The notes under the pieces were generated by a model. It did no database searches. It was not told where the DNA came from and saw only the letters and a list, made by a program, of their open reading frames with translations. A stretch of DNA of 64,000 nucleotides from Chiloscyllium plagiosum (taxonomy: Eukaryota): positions 54,683,971-54,747,970 of the forward strand of contig NC_057719.1 of assembly GCF_004010195.1 (NCBI RefSeq). Direction: 5' to 3'. The translations under genes were made by a program, and so were the position numbers. Shown here piece after piece: positions 63,240 to 64,000 of this stretch. The stretch's first letter is position 1, and each line of letters opens with the position of its first letter.

Positions 63240-64000
63240 ACAACAGCACAAACAATTACTTCATAAATAATACACACATTAATTTAGTCATTTTGATGAT
63301 TTGTCTAAGCTAATTTCATTTCGACCCTGTGCCTGATCGTCTGTTAATTTCTTTGGAACTTACAACAAGTTATCCTTGTTTCTGCTATAATTGTTCAGTT
63401 TATCTGCCATTTCCCCACAGTCATTGACAATATCCCCATCTCAGCTTTCAGTGGGCCAACTACACTCCTACCCAGAAGCTTTCCTTTTGTATAACTATAA
63501 AACCTCTGCTTATTGTCTTTTATGTCCTTGCAAGTTTCCCTTCGTTATCCTTTTTTGCCACTCATAAGCTGCTTTGTGACCCTTAGTTGGTCTTTTTATT
63601 TGTCCCATTCCGTGGAATCTGTTCTTTGTATTTTTATAAGCCCTTTCTTTATTTTTTTTTTTGCTGTCCCTTACCTCCTTTGATGCCATCTTTTCGTTTG
63701 ACAGGTGGAGCTTTTCCTTCTCAGTGTACAAACTGTTTCTGAACAGCATTATATCTTCTGAGGTTGTTTTACTTATTAGCAGAGCCTCCCAGTTTATTGT
63801 GAACATTTTCTACCTTACCCCATTAAAGTCTACCTCACTTAACTTCAAAATTTAAGTATCCAATCTTTGATATCTCTTACAAATGCTACATGAAACTCGA
63901 TCATGTTATGATCAACAGTTCACAAATGATCACAAACAACTAAATCACGAACTAAATCAGACTTTTTGTTCATTACAAGATCTAATATTGCTTGTCCCAT
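63240..64000 (-). mobile_element. Decayed CR1 ORF2 fragment (APE-RT linker), runs off the window
   Basis: GQAILDLVMN at the window end; INWEALL and basic linker in ORF 63510-63806. Confidence 0.7.

Noticed and set aside
1..64000. CRISPR arrays, operons or other prokaryotic systems
   Set aside because: Sequence is vertebrate repeat-rich DNA; no regularly spaced repeat-spacer array or gene-dense tract seen

Overview
Repeat-dominated vertebrate non-coding DNA. The HE1/V-SINE, SacSINE1-type DeuSINE and CR1/HER1-type LINE content points to a shark (inference from repeat families). I could not support any host protein-coding exon. The window holds many decayed CR1 LINE pieces, Tx1, Rex1/Babar and L2 fragments, and several tRNA-derived SINEs. 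It also has a full-length but inactivated Gmr1-clade Gypsy element (28778-35148; integrase before RT, SCAN-like gag) with a related solo LTR, a Harbinger Myb/SANT remnant and a 5S rRNA fragment. The most notable signal is a Penelope-like retroelement system. Two large copies have inverted termini and TSDs, and about a dozen minimal hammerhead-ribozyme cores (CUGAnGA-stem-GAAA) occur in the window, several inside 100-175 bp TSD-flanked mini-insertions. All family assignments come from motif recognition by eye, and boundaries of degenerate elements are approximate.
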